A stretch of DNA of 64,000 nt from Lepidodermella squamata (taxonomy: Eukaryota > Animalia > Gastrotricha): the NCBI GenBank assembly GCA_047495785.1, contig JBLDXI010000012.1, positions 248,001 through 312,000 on the forward strand, written 5' to 3'. The notes under the pieces are model-generated. The model saw only the letters and a program-made list of their open reading frames with translations, ran no database searches and had not been told where the DNA came from. Below, in pieces: positions 10,732 to 21,543 of the stretch. Within the stretch, counting starts at the first letter, position 1; each line of letters begins with the position of its first letter. Position numbers and translations under genes: made by a program.

Positions 10732-11095
10732 TTTTTGCTAAATTTTCGGAGTACAATATTTTTTGCGAAAAAATGGATTGATAGGAGAAAACGCTGTAGG
10801 CTAGCTTATTAGACTAGGCTTAGTTTTTTTCCATCATACCCTGAAGATCAATTTATTTATTTTTGAATCGTCCGGTCTGATAATAACTCTCATGGTGAAT
10901 TTCAATTATTCAAAAAATAGCGCTATACTAGTTTCATAAGGAATGCTATTCATCATATCAATCACCGGTCGCTAAATATGAGATGGCGTTATGAAGAATA
11001 CCAAATAATCCATCTCTTGAGATGAGTATTATCTGTCACCGGGTTCGAAGAGATTTACTCGCGGCAAAGCAAAATGCTAAATAATCGATAAGACC

Positions 11096-11404
11096 TCATT
11101 TGCTGACAGCTGCTGTCTGGGGCTTTTGTTTGCTGCGGACTTTGAAGGGTCGGCCGTTGTAGAATCGCAGACTTTTGCCATTCTTGAGCGCCACAACAAC
11201 AGTCATCTTGCCGTCCACAGTTTCCGTGCTCAATTTGGCATTTTTCAATTCTTCCAAGACACTGACAACTTCAGGCTGACTCGCGGTGTTTCGCAGATCG
11301 AGCACGTTTCGCCTACCACCGGCGATAACTGCCGAGAAGAATATGTTCAACAACAGAGTTGAGACTAATACCCACATCGAAAATTTCGAGTTCGATGAGT
11401 ACAT
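11096..11404 (-). CDS. Small secreted protein (~102 aa)
   Basis: First ATG at 11404 (track start is GTG); signal peptide ending ..AVIA followed by GGRR. Confidence 0.72.
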   Translation of the reverse strand: MYSSNSKFSMWVLVSTLLLNIFFSAVIAGGRRNVLDLRNTASQPEVVSVLEELKNAKLSTETVDGKMTVVVALKNGKSLRFYNGRPFKVRSKQKPQTAAVSK

Positions 11405-11718
11405 GATGTAATTTGCCACCTTAGAAGCGTGTAAAGAGTGGAATGAAACGATTTTTTAAATTATATAGCTCGTAAGAGTGAAATCGGCGGAAGTTCAAGC
11501 GTGGCTTGATAATGGCTTTATATGTTCATACAAACCTCTCCGCAATTTAAACGCTCGCCGTTTTCTATAGACATATGTACTAGTGCTTTTCTTTCGTTAT
11601 GACCCTAATCAAATTTTCTTAAAAACTCTCAGATGTATTCCTTGATTTGTATTTATAGCTGTAACTACGCAAAATTGTGCGTCATATGACATGGATAATT
11701 TGATTAGAAATATAGCCT

Positions 11719-12150
11719 TTATATCTGCTCCAAGTATTTCGGCCATGAATATCGTGTTAGTGGTTCCAATCGCCGTAGCTGGCTCGCCATAGCCGTAGGA
11801 GTAGTCCGTCGTCTTTCGGTAATGATAGCCGCAAGAGATTTCAGCTTATTCATCGTGCTCTGGCGGGTCGGGTCGACGGGCAGATTTTTAGTTTGACGAT
11901 CACCCAGAAGCCGATATAGAAGGATCTTCTCCTGCCGTGATCGTTGTTTGAGCCATGATTTCGCTCCTTCTTTCAACTGATCCCTTAGCTTAAGCATATC
12001 ATCTTCGTCATCGAAGTATTCACCAAGCCCGGAGCTGTGTCGAATGAAGTTTTTGTATCGTGGAAGTGGAGAAAAGCTCCAATTTTCATCTCCACGTGCA
12101 TACGAGAGGAAGATTGCGAACATGAAGGATAAAAAGATTGGTGATAGCAT
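11719..12150 (-). CDS. Small secreted protein (~143 aa)
   Basis: First ATG at 12150 (track start is TTG); signal peptide ending ..YARG; RRR and RR sites. Confidence 0.75.
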   Translation of the reverse strand: MLSPIFLSFMFAIFLSYARGDENWSFSPLPRYKNFIRHSSGLGEYFDDEDDMLKLRDQLKEGAKSWLKQRSRQEKILLYRLLGDRQTKNLPVDPTRQSTMNKLKSLAAIITERRRTTPTAMASQLRRLEPLTRYSWPKYLEQI

Positions 12151-12327
12151 TGCTAAATGCACACTTCCAACTTCCAACTCAGCTGAAAGTATCTGAAGTA
12201 TGTACGTCTGCTGTGAGAATTTGAAAAGCAGCTGGACGGATTCGGAAGCGGGGCGTCATTTTTTACCTTCACGTTCAATTCGACACCTTAAAATTGTGCG
12301 TTTTAGACCGCTTTCTGTTCTACTCCT

Positions 12328-14586
12328 CTACCTAGAGCTGGCTTGGCTTAATCGAGGTGCTGGCTTGACTTTCAGTGATACCACGGCAGCTGTAAATGTT
12401 GTAATTGATAGAATCAGGGCTGTCGCTGAAAAAACAACTGCGTGGGAAGCCGGAGAGTGAAACACGTAAATGAGTAAAACAGCTATTCCTATGAATAATG
12501 CATTGTTCCCCAACGCGAATCCGTAGAATTTCATCTCAAGTGAAGAGTGTTTTAGCCGAGTGGCTACCGTTGCTACACCGGAGGATATAAGCAAGCTATT
12601 CGAAACGCCTGCAACCGAAATCCATAATTCTGCGAGGCTGGAGCTGCAGATCACAGTGCGAAATTCCAACAAAGAATCTTGAACTTCATCGTATTCTGCT
12701 TGCCCGTCATTCATCTTCTCGATAGTGCTGTATGGTGTGTCATAAATTGCCCACACCAGGACAACAATCAAGTTCGTCGTCATGAATAACGTGAAGGGGA
12801 CTTTCATTAAGACCTTTCTGGAAAACTTATAACTGCAGAAGCCACACCTAGTTAACTGTCTATAAATTGGACGACGACTACGGTGTGGTCGAGCTGAATG
12901 TTGTTTTGATAGATTGTGATGATGGTAAATACATGTTCGAAGTTTCAGCCACAGGTAACCATTCATAAATGCAAATGCGGCAATTGAGAAGACCGTCTGA
13001 AGGATGCAGGTGAAATCGCCCACTACGTCGTATTTTACTAAGAATAGGCAAGATGTTAGGTTGGCCGATAAACATCCAACGATCAGGATTGCCGCGTCAT
13101 TTTTAGCGAAGGCGTTAGCTGTTAGCAACTTTATGGAAACAGACAATTCAGCTAGGGTAACTATCCCTGCAATTAGGTAAAGCGAAATAGAGGTAGCATC
13201 CTCTGGTTTTACTGCTACGGTGATGAGAGGTGGGTATGCCTTCGGAGGCCGTCCATCTCTCGTGAACCAGTCAACTGCGGAATTACTGACGATGAAGCTA
13301 TCAGGATCGTCAATCGCCATTGAAGCATTATGCTTGATGACAAAAGCTGACTGGAAACCGCTTTCTGGTGTCCATTGAATACCGCATTGTGGTTCGTCAT
13401 CACTTTCGATCCGATTTGAGTACGAGAATCGGCCTATTCTGAGCCCAACAAATTCAACGGAAGCTGCACTTGAGTTCACAGCTTGCATAACATCTTTAGG
13501 ATGCGTGGCGAAGTCTTTCAGCGATAATCCAGTTTCTTTCAGCTTGATATCTGCCTCGTGGAGAACTTTCATAGCCATTAGTGTAACTTCATGGTAGAGG
13601 TGCCGCCACAATGCGTCTGACGAGCCTTCAGTTTTCGTCTGCGTAGCTATAGCTCTTTCAAACTCTCGACTAGTGTAGCCAAGCGTCGTTACACCGAAGT
13701 CCTCATGTCCAAGCAGAAAATATCCGGTAAAAAAAGTCGACTTTATCTGATCGATGAGAGCCGCACGAGAGCAGCCGCGAGGCAGGGGAGGGAGTTCACC
13801 ATTTGCTTCAAACAAATTTGAGGAAAATGGGATGAATACATACTTAGGTGCCCTGACTCCGAACTCATGTGCTACGCACAAGAATTTTATCAATAAGTCC
13901 ACATTAGAAAATTCGAGCAGAACTATAAGTAGTTGGCTCTGCTTCAATGACTCTATGGTCTGCTGGTCAATATCTAGCACTGCGCTAAACCATGGTATGG
14001 TTATTCCTTGACTGAGCAATATTTTTTCGGTGAAAACGGCTCCAGCGTAGTCTCGAATGTTAGATGCGCTGGTTACTAGTGCTACTTTGTCCCATCGACC
14101 GATGCTTTTAACGAAACGCATCTTAGCGTAGGCAATTAAATCTCCCCCAGCGCGAACCCTGTAGAAATTTGGATATTGCTGTCGATTCGCCGTTAACGAT
14201 AAAGCGCCACAACCTACTCCGATTCCAATCATGCTGATATGATGAACCATACTGGCGATAGGTATGCACCCTGGCGTGTAATAAGGCCCTAAGGCAATGG
14301 GTGCGAGTCCTACGCTGTTGTTGGCAGGGCCTTGCCTCCAGAATGTGACCAGATTCGACACGGCTCGCAAAGAACTGGCGCCTTCGTCTCGAAATACCAC
14401 TTCAATATCGTAATCCGAGAGAAAATCAGCCCGCCTGTTTGCTGCATCGACAACAGCTTGGACTGCAGCTTTGCAGACCATGCCGTCGCGTGGTTGATTG
14501 CCGGTGAAGCCCACCTGAGCTAGAAGTTGCAGCTTATAAGTCTTCCCATCTACTACTGTAAATATTATAGCCAGTAGAAATAACAT
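12328..14586 (-). CDS. Intronless orphan class C GPCR, GABA-B receptor-like (copy 3, subtype B), 752 aa
   Basis: Signal peptide, Venus flytrap with GFTGNQPRDGMVCKAAVQ, 7TM; collinear with copies 1, 2 and 4. Confidence 0.85.
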   Translation of the reverse strand: MLFLLAIIFTVVDGKTYKLQLLAQVGFTGNQPRDGMVCKAAVQAVVDAANRRADFLSDYDIEVVFRDEGASSLRAVSNLVTFWRQGPANNSVGLAPIALGPYYTPGCIPIASMVHHISMIGIGVGCGALSLTANRQQYPNFYRVRAGGDLIAYAKMRFVKSIGRWDKVALVTSASNIRDYAGAVFTEKILLSQGITIPWFSAVLDIDQQTIESLKQSQLLIVLLEFSNVDLLIKFLCVAHEFGVRAPKYVFIPFSSNLFEANGELPPLPRGCSRAALIDQIKSTFFTGYFLLGHEDFGVTTLGYTSREFERAIATQTKTEGSSDALWRHLYHEVTLMAMKVLHEADIKLKETGLSLKDFATHPKDVMQAVNSSAASVEFVGLRIGRFSYSNRIESDDEPQCGIQWTPESGFQSAFVIKHNASMAIDDPDSFIVSNSAVDWFTRDGRPPKAYPPLITVAVKPEDATSISLYLIAGIVTLAELSVSIKLLTANAFAKNDAAILIVGCLSANLTSCLFLVKYDVVGDFTCILQTVFSIAAFAFMNGYLWLKLRTCIYHHHNLSKQHSARPHRSRRPIYRQLTRCGFCSYKFSRKVLMKVPFTLFMTTNLIVVLVWAIYDTPYSTIEKMNDGQAEYDEVQDSLLEFRTVICSSSLAELWISVAGVSNSLLISSGVATVATRLKHSSLEMKFYGFALGNNALFIGIAVLLIYVFHSPASHAVVFSATALILSITTFTAAVVSLKVKPAPRLSQASSR

Positions 14587-14978
14587 TTGATTTTCGAATG
14601 TCAGTGTTAAACAGGACAGAGAAAATGTGAGAAATCAAAGCACATGGCGTGGCCGTTTGTATTTAAACTGGCAAGAATGTGTTTCCCTCACTAGGCGCAT
14701 AGAAAATGTCAAAGGTTTCCAACTTCATGAATAGCTCATTTTCTCGTTATATAGCTAAAGGCAGCTTTTTATCAGACATACAGCTCGATTGCACATTTCA
14801 AACTTCACCTGTTGACATCAAATGGCGTACTTGGAGCATTGTTTTGGAAATGCTAACTCATAACGATGAGCTGCGTAGTGACAATAAATCGCCTCTTGTC
14901 GAGTGTTCAAAATAAGCCTTCCTTTGCATGAATAATCGCTCATCGTAAGAGAAAATGGCATATATTCGGATAGTTTTA

Positions 14979-15347
14979 TTAATAATATCTGTCAGGAATT
15001 CTACTCCTAGGTATTGGCTTTACAAGAGACTGTGGCCTTGATCGGGTGGATGATATCGAATAGGCATTCATCTTGTTGATTACTCTTGACTTTTCTGCCG
15101 GGGATAGAGCAACGTTGCGCGCAGCTTTCTCAGCCATCAAGCGTTCCGCTAACGGCGTCTCGAGATGACCTTGCGGCGAGGTTCTCGATGTCGAGTCTCT
15201 CTTGTTCTGCTTGGCGAGAATGATGAGCCATTGACGCCCGCGCAACGATCCGCTGGGAGCCTCTGAAACACTTGGCCAATGAAACGATACAGACGCAACT
15301 GCAGCGTTGTAAAATAAAGCGAACAAAATTGTGAATCGCCACAACAT
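14979..15347 (-). CDS. Small secreted prepropeptide-like protein (122 aa)
   Basis: Signal peptide ending ..AAVA, KR site. Confidence 0.76.
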   Translation of the reverse strand: MLWRFTILFALFYNAAVASVSFHWPSVSEAPSGSLRGRQWLIILAKQNKRDSTSRTSPQGHLETPLAERLMAEKAARNVALSPAEKSRVINKMNAYSISSTRSRPQSLVKPIPRSRIPDRYY

Positions 15348-15808
15348 GTTGAAAGCTTGGTAAAAATCAGAGAGGTCTTGTCCTGACTAAACTCGAGTGC
15401 AAGGATGTTTTTGATTAAGCTCTTCCGTGATCGAAGCCTTACATCCTGATTATCAGCTACTTCCTTTTAGCTGACCTTAATTATGTCACACATTAGTGCA
15501 TGCGTATTTTGTTGAGAAGTTGTTCGCGGAAAACAAAGGTGTTAGGATTCGGCGTCCTGGAGGCTTTCCGCACCGGACTAGCGATAAGTCGGGATTCATC
15601 TGGTGAGATAAGCTTTGTGCGTAATACGGTTTGATTACTCAATAATGCTTAATGAGTTCCCGACATACTTATTCCGACAGTTTTCAACGACATCAACAGT
15701 AGTGATTTTGTCAAATACATGTTTATTAATCACTGTGATCGCGAATCATACCATATCACCCTGGAGATTTGATCGATCTCACTGATATCACATTGCACTC
15801 AGCAGGTA

Positions 15809-16279
15809 TTACTCTTGATTACTGTTAGCTACGTCCACGCTAATGCGCTTCCGGCTACGATCGTACAGTTTGAAATGTTGATCGTCATTATGGAACTTGC
15901 TCCTGCCCACTCGAGCCAATGCGTTCATACGATGTCGAACTGATTTCATAACCGTGCTCCAACCTTTTTCGGCAGCATCTGGGTGGGGGTATCCAGCTGA
16001 TCCTCTCATTAGATGCCAATAAGTAGATCGTTTTCTGCGTTGATCGAAGGAAATATCGCTCAACATGTTATCACTTGTTTCGAGAGCTTGAGCTGAACTG
16101 AAATCTCCTGTTATTGAACTCGCGATATTTGCGCGCTTGACGAGTTTCTTTTCAAGATGAGCCTCCTGAAAAGTATTTGAACCAATGAGGCTGCTCGACG
16201 CCGAAGCATATTCGAATGAGGCTGCTGTTAAGGCGGAGATTAAGGCGAGGGTGGAAGTTGCAATCCAACGGAAATACAT
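15809..16279 (-). CDS. Secreted prepropeptide-like protein (~156 aa)
   Basis: First ATG at 16279; signal peptide; KR, RRKR and RKR processing sites. Confidence 0.8.
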   Translation of the reverse strand: MYFRWIATSTLALISALTAASFEYASASSSLIGSNTFQEAHLEKKLVKRANIASSITGDFSSAQALETSDNMLSDISFDQRRKRSTYWHLMRGSAGYPHPDAAEKGWSTVMKSVRHRMNALARVGRSKFHNDDQHFKLYDRSRKRISVDVANSNQE

Positions 16280-16877
16280 CTTTGGCTCGAAAATTGTTTT
16301 GAGACGAGCGTGAGAATCGCTCAATCAGTGTTGTCTTACAGCTTAGCAACTTGAGTGACCTAACTGGTCATGTTCAATTAGCTGTAAAATGATATGAGAT
16401 GATTAGAAAATAGTTCTGTTGCCGCCAGCTGACAATTATTCACCCATTATGGAATATTTCGAAGACCAGATAAGCGGAGGTGGCACAGCAAGTTGTTGAG
16501 TCAGAATAGCAGCAGGGTTAATTGGGTGCGAATAAGCTCACGCCAATTCATTTCATGCTGTTGATAATGTCACGTTGAAAACATTAATGGATGTGTCTGT
16601 GGGGAATAGTGGGGGATCGATGATCAATGTTATGGTGTTGACTCGCAGTGAAATAAGCGAAAAAGGGACGCTCACGAACCCCAACTGCTCTGCCGAGTCA
16701 AGGAAATAGAAGATATACATGCCGCAAAAACAAATAAACAACTACCGATCACTCCGACATAGAGTCATTTTATATGCAACTACTGATTCACACCGATTTA
16801 TTTCACCGTGAAAATGTTGGTTAAAACTGATAATTCGTGTATGCAGACTGCGTGAAGATAGTTGTTTTTCCCTCTGC

Positions 16878-17177
16878 TTAACCGAGGCGGTATTTGCGCA
16901 GGATATCAGGGGATAGGTGTCGCATCGAACTGGCGGCAGAAAATGCGTCGAACCTTCCTACGGCGTTTTTCTTGTTGATAGGACTCTCGGTAGTAGTCGT
17001 CGTTGGCTCTATAAGCTCTGAGCTGTCAAACTCGACGCCGTTTCGTCTCATGAAGGAAAATCGAGATGATGGACGGAATTGCATTGGACCGGGGCGAAAT
17101 TTGTTCGAGTAAGCGTGGCTTTCCATTGCAGCGATGCAGATGGTTACGAAGGCGATGATGATCAGTTTTGCAAGCAT
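16878..17177 (-). CDS. Small secreted prepropeptide-like protein (99 aa), probable paralog of 18329-18568
   Basis: Signal peptide ending ..ESHA, RR and KK sites, C-terminal Gly; shared motifs MxFRxS, FDS, K[KR]NA, AFS, SMRxL. Confidence 0.8.
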   Translation of the reverse strand: MLAKLIIIAFVTICIAAMESHAYSNKFRPGPMQFRPSSRFSFMRRNGVEFDSSELIEPTTTTTESPINKKNAVGRFDAFSAASSMRHLSPDILRKYRLG

Positions 17178-17571
17178 TTTTATTTGAAAGTGACAGCAGC
17201 TCTAAAATCTCAACACTGAACGTTGGAATGAAGGAATACATCATGCTAAGAGCTCTCAACTAAATTAAACTAAGCGTGGGGACTGTTTGAATTGAGTGGC
17301 TTGTGTCTGGAGTTGCAGACACCTGTGAATACTATCCCATAGAAGGTCTCTTTTCTAGCGTTATCCTGATTAAATTCCCGAAAATCAGTGCTAAATATGA
17401 ACCGTTTCAGAGTCCAAGGTATAGGTGGCAACCCCCGTGAAAATCAAAGTATTTTGCTACGCTTGCTTGGATTCGTTTATTACGCCTTTCAATGACGAAG
17501 CGATATAAAAGATGATACAAAGATGGCCAGAAAGCCTTAGAAAGTCACAATGAATCTCTTTCATCAACCCA

Positions 17572-17880
17572 CTAAGTTTTAGAATGACGTGAACCCGATT
17601 TGTATATGTTTGAAAAGTGGTGTTTGGTTTGGTTGTCGATCACAGCATTATTAGAAGCTTGTTTATTTGTGCTGCCGCGCTCGTACTGCTTGCTCATCGT
17701 TCGAACTGAAGGATTCGGGGAGTTGCTATGCTTGCCAGAAAAGTGCATCTCCGTAACCATCAGTGACTTCAGCAACATCCGATATCTTGGCTGAGGCCAA
17801 GCGTTGCTATCAGCTCCGGACTGGGCTAACGCGACGCAGAACAGGAAAAGAGCAATTTTCAGTAAATGTGATGTGAGCAT
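17572..17880 (-). CDS. Small secreted protein (102 aa)
   Basis: Signal peptide ending ..LAQS(G), polar S/N/K/H-rich mature region. Confidence 0.72.
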   Translation of the reverse strand: MLTSHLLKIALFLFCVALAQSGADSNAWPQPRYRMLLKSLMVTEMHFSGKHSNSPNPSVRTMSKQYERGSTNKQASNNAVIDNQTKHHFSNIYKSGSRHSKT

Positions 17881-18328
17881 CGTGATAATTGCTGTAAATG
17901 ATCACTTGGATAATAAAGCAGATAATTTGACTATGGGTGACCTTAACATCGCAGGTAATTTTCCTTCATGTAGTCTCCCTCATTATGCCTGAGCCTAATT
18001 TATTGAATAGAGAGCTCGATTTCACTACAGGCTACACGGTATAAATTTTCTAGTAGGAGTTGACCGAAGCAACACGTGAAAAACTTGAAGTCTCATCTGA
18101 GAGGAATTCTTGTATAATATTATCGAGGTTATAAAAGCGTAATTGCGATTAATAAATTTTATAAATATTTCTCAAACCATTTTTTAAATGGCTGCTTCAA
18201 AAAGATGAAAACCCAACGTATTCAAATATTTTTATTTCAGGACATAAAACGGCATATCAAGCTCATGCAGATGTCATCTCTGTTTTTGTAGTGCGAACTT
18301 TCTGGGACGGAACAAGCGATGACGCTGT

Positions 18329-18568
18329 TCAATCGTGCAGTTTATCTTCGAAGCGCTGATTGTTATCAATCAAAGCCCTCATAGAATTTCGCATTTTATC
18401 GGTCGAAAATGCACCTGCATTTCGTTTATAATAAGAATCAAAATGTTGACCACCGAGAGAAAACGCTGGTGAAGCTTGCTTTGTCAGGTATTCGGACGAC
18501 CTGAACCGCATAGCGAGCGAGAACGTCGAAAACAATGCAAGGAACAGGATGAAAAAGAAGCTACGCAT
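18329..18568 (-). CDS. Small secreted prepropeptide-like protein (~79 aa)
   Basis: First ATG at 18568; signal peptide ending ..FSLA; KR site; similar to 16878-17177. Confidence 0.78.
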   Translation of the reverse strand: MRSFFFILFLALFSTFSLAMRFRSSEYLTKQASPAFSLGGQHFDSYYKRNAGAFSTDKMRNSMRALIDNNQRFEDKLHD

Positions 18569-19110
18569 GATGCTTGATGTATATTTCAAAAAATTTCAGT
18601 GATTTCCAATAAAAATGCAGGATATTTTATCAGCGGAGATACCAGAGGGATCATCCAAATTAAATAAATTGCGCACTCTCATCTATTTATTTTTAGTTCC
18701 CAGTTGGGCTAAACAAATACAACCCATGTAATCAACCCATGAGAAATCAGCTATCAGCTTTCATTCCGTGCGCAAAGGGATCCATGTCCAGGCTCACGGA
18801 TTACAAAGCGTGGTGATGTGGCGCGACGCGCCGTTCAAACCTTTGCTGTAATTAAGATGCATTAGCACCAAAATTAGTCTAGGACGGAAAGAAAAAAGAT
18901 CATCTGAACTGAGACTACATGATGGATATTACATGAATTTGAGCTGAACCAATGCAACACGAAGTAAATGAATGGAAGCTACACAGGAAATCACGACTGC
19001 TTTAAAATAACAAAAATTGTTTTCCGTCCTTTTGGAACTTGAAAGGCATAGACAAAAAGATTTTGCTGCCAGTCTTACATTTATCTATTTTAAAACGTTG
19101 GGCACAGAGG

Positions 19111-21543
19111 ATGATATTCAAGCATATATTATCTGCGACAGTCCTGATGATCACCGTTGTTTCCCTCCAAAGCTCAATCGCCAAGGTCGTGAAACCCTAC
19201 AAGCTGCAAATGCTGGCGATGGCTGCTTTCACGGGTAACGCTCCTAGGGACGGTTTAGTTTGCAGAGCTGCAATGCAAGTTGCCATCAATGCTGCAAATG
19301 AAGACCCACATTTCTTGAAAGACTACGAGATTGAACCCATTTATCGTGACGAAGGGGCAAATGCTCTGAAAGCTCCGCAAAATCTCCTTAATTTTTGGCG
19401 AGACGGCCCCATGAATGCGACAGAGCTGGCACCAGTAGTGGTTGGACCCTATTTCTCACCTGGCTGCGTCCCTATTGCGTCCCTACTCCATCACGTCGGA
19501 ATGATTGGCATTGGAACAGCCTGTGTTGCAACTTCAATGGCTGCAAATCGTGTCCAATATCCCAATTTGTACAAAGTTCGGGCGACAGGCGACGTCATCG
19601 TCTACCCTCGGTTGTATTTCGTGAAATACATCGGCCGCTGGGACAAGCTAGCAATGCTGACCAACGCTGCTAACAATCGCGACTACCAAGGTGCTGTTTT
19701 GATGGAAAGGGTTCCATGGTTCGCATCTATCTTGGATATCGACGTTTCAACCATTGAATCCCTGCGGAAAAGCGAACTCAGAGTCGTCTTGCTTGAGATA
19801 TCAAGCATGGATTTGCTCATCAAATTTTTATGTTTCGCGTTTGAAAATGGAATCACAGGTTCTCGATATGCCTTCATTACCTACCCATCAATCATGTTCG
19901 AGTTGAATGGCATTCTGCCAAACTTGCCCAAAGGATGCACGAGACAAGTTCTGATTCAACAGATGAAGCATACCTTTTGGACGGGTACTTTCATGTTTGG
20001 CACTGAAGACTACGGAAAGACAACGCTAGGCTACAATCTGTATCAATTTGAAGACAGTTTGAATGCATTGATAAACACTACGGGTTCTCCGGATGCCATC
20101 TTAAAACACGTCTATCACGACGCGACACTGATGGCCCTGAAAACGCTAGACGAGGCAGACAAAAGGTTGAAAAAATTAAATGCATCACTGCTTGATTTCT
20201 CGACAAATCCAAAATTGGTGATGAGAGCGATCAATGAAAGTGCTGCTGAGATTGATTTCGTTGGACTTCGAGTCGGCCGAATCAAGTATTCGAAGCGTTT
20301 AGAGAGTGACGAAGAGCCTGAAGGTGTTATTCAATGGACCCCGCAGAATGGCTATCAAAACGTCTACATCGTCACGCACAACGAATCACGACGATTTGAT
20401 GACGCATTGAGCTACAAAATCGCTCCAGGGCGACCTATCATATGGTACACTGAGGGTGGAGTCATTCCAATTGCTTATCCACCAACAATTTTCACGATAT
20501 CGAAGCCAGATGAAGGGTTCATTTTTTTCGTCTATGTGGCCGTAGGTCTAGTAACAACTGCCCAGCTTTTAGCTTTCGCACTCATAATCAGTCGTGGCTC
20601 TAACAACTCGTCCTTTCTCCTCAAAGCAGTAAAATTAATGCTCATGGTAGGCTGCATATTCGCCAATATTGCTGCCGTAGTTTTCATAGGAGGAAACGAA
20701 TATCCGAGTAGTTCGATCTGCATCGCTAGATACATCAGTGCGATTTTGGGTCTAACGTTCCTTAATGGGGCCTTGTGGACTCGAATTCATGTCGGCTATG
20801 TAACGAAATTCCCCCCAACAGCTTCAAGTAACCACGGAACGCGACGATCTACTGCGACAAAACCGAATCCGGCTAGAAAATCTTCGATGGCTCCTAAATC
20901 TTCAGTGTCCCAGCAACCAATGATGTCCCGTCGACAGTCTGTTCCCGCGAGAAATGAGTCACAAATCATGGTTGATCTTGATCAATATCCGGGTATGCAT
21001 AGTGCCATCTTAGGTTGTTTTTTCGGCACCAATTTTCTCGTCATGCTGTTATGGGTGGCCTACGATCAACCTGTAGCAGTTTATCGAACAATCGGCAGCC
21101 TCATTTATGACAGCATTGGGGACTTCTACACCGATAATGAAAGCGTTGTATGCGTCTCTTCCTACAGTAATATCTGGGTTGGAGTCGTCGGCATTTTGCA
21201 AGGGGCTGCGATTGTGACAGGAGTTTCTTTCTCTTTCGGGCTCCGAGGGCATAGGTTGAATTCGCCCGAAGTCAAGTTTTACTCACTTGCGCAGGGAAAT
21301 TTGGCAACGATCATCGCCGCAGCTGTGCTGCTCAATTTCATCTTCGATTCACCAACGTCAGAAATGGTGCTGTTTGCTGTAGTTTCTGTGCTTCTCTCGC
21401 TGACATCGTTCGCGGCTTCTTTTTTCTTCGATATTATAGCGCTGTTTCGAGCCTCGTCTGGTTCAACTGTCGCACCGACAAGAGGGGTCGGAAACAAAGC
21501 TTCAATCTATGCTGCGGGGCCAGCACGCCCTTCCGTCTTTTAA
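19111..21543 (+). CDS. Intronless orphan class C GPCR, GABA-B receptor-like (copy 4, subtype A), ~810 aa
   Basis: First ATG at 19111 gives a signal peptide (track start 19039 is TTG); Venus flytrap has long identical blocks with copy 1; 7TM; 8-residue in-frame deletion near 19713. Confidence 0.85.
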   Translation: MIFKHILSATVLMITVVSLQSSIAKVVKPYKLQMLAMAAFTGNAPRDGLVCRAAMQVAINAANEDPHFLKDYEIEPIYRDEGANALKAPQNLLNFWRDGPMNATELAPVVVGPYFSPGCVPIASLLHHVGMIGIGTACVATSMAANRVQYPNLYKVRATGDVIVYPRLYFVKYIGRWDKLAMLTNAANNRDYQGAVLMERVPWFASILDIDVSTIESLRKSELRVVLLEISSMDLLIKFLCFAFENGITGSRYAFITYPSIMFELNGILPNLPKGCTRQVLIQQMKHTFWTGTFMFGTEDYGKTTLGYNLYQFEDSLNALINTTGSPDAILKHVYHDATLMALKTLDEADKRLKKLNASLLDFSTNPKLVMRAINESAAEIDFVGLRVGRIKYSKRLESDEEPEGVIQWTPQNGYQNVYIVTHNESRRFDDALSYKIAPGRPIIWYTEGGVIPIAYPPTIFTISKPDEGFIFFVYVAVGLVTTAQLLAFALIISRGSNNSSFLLKAVKLMLMVGCIFANIAAVVFIGGNEYPSSSICIARYISAILGLTFLNGALWTRIHVGYVTKFPPTASSNHGTRRSTATKPNPARKSSMAPKSSVSQQPMMSRRQSVPARNESQIMVDLDQYPGMHSAILGCFFGTNFLVMLLWVAYDQPVAVYRTIGSLIYDSIGDFYTDNESVVCVSSYSNIWVGVVGILQGAAIVTGVSFSFGLRGHRLNSPEVKFYSLAQGNLATIIAAAVLLNFIFDSPTSEMVLFAVVSVLLSLTSFAASFFFDIIALFRASSGSTVAPTRGVGNKASIYAAGPARPSVF

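Noticed and set aside
4284-21543. Calling the receptors GABBR1/GABBR2 orthologs, mGluRs or receptor guanylyl cyclases
   Set aside because: No Cys-rich domain, no kinase/cyclase domain, ligand loop altered and no C-terminal coiled coil; only the architecture is GABA-B-like
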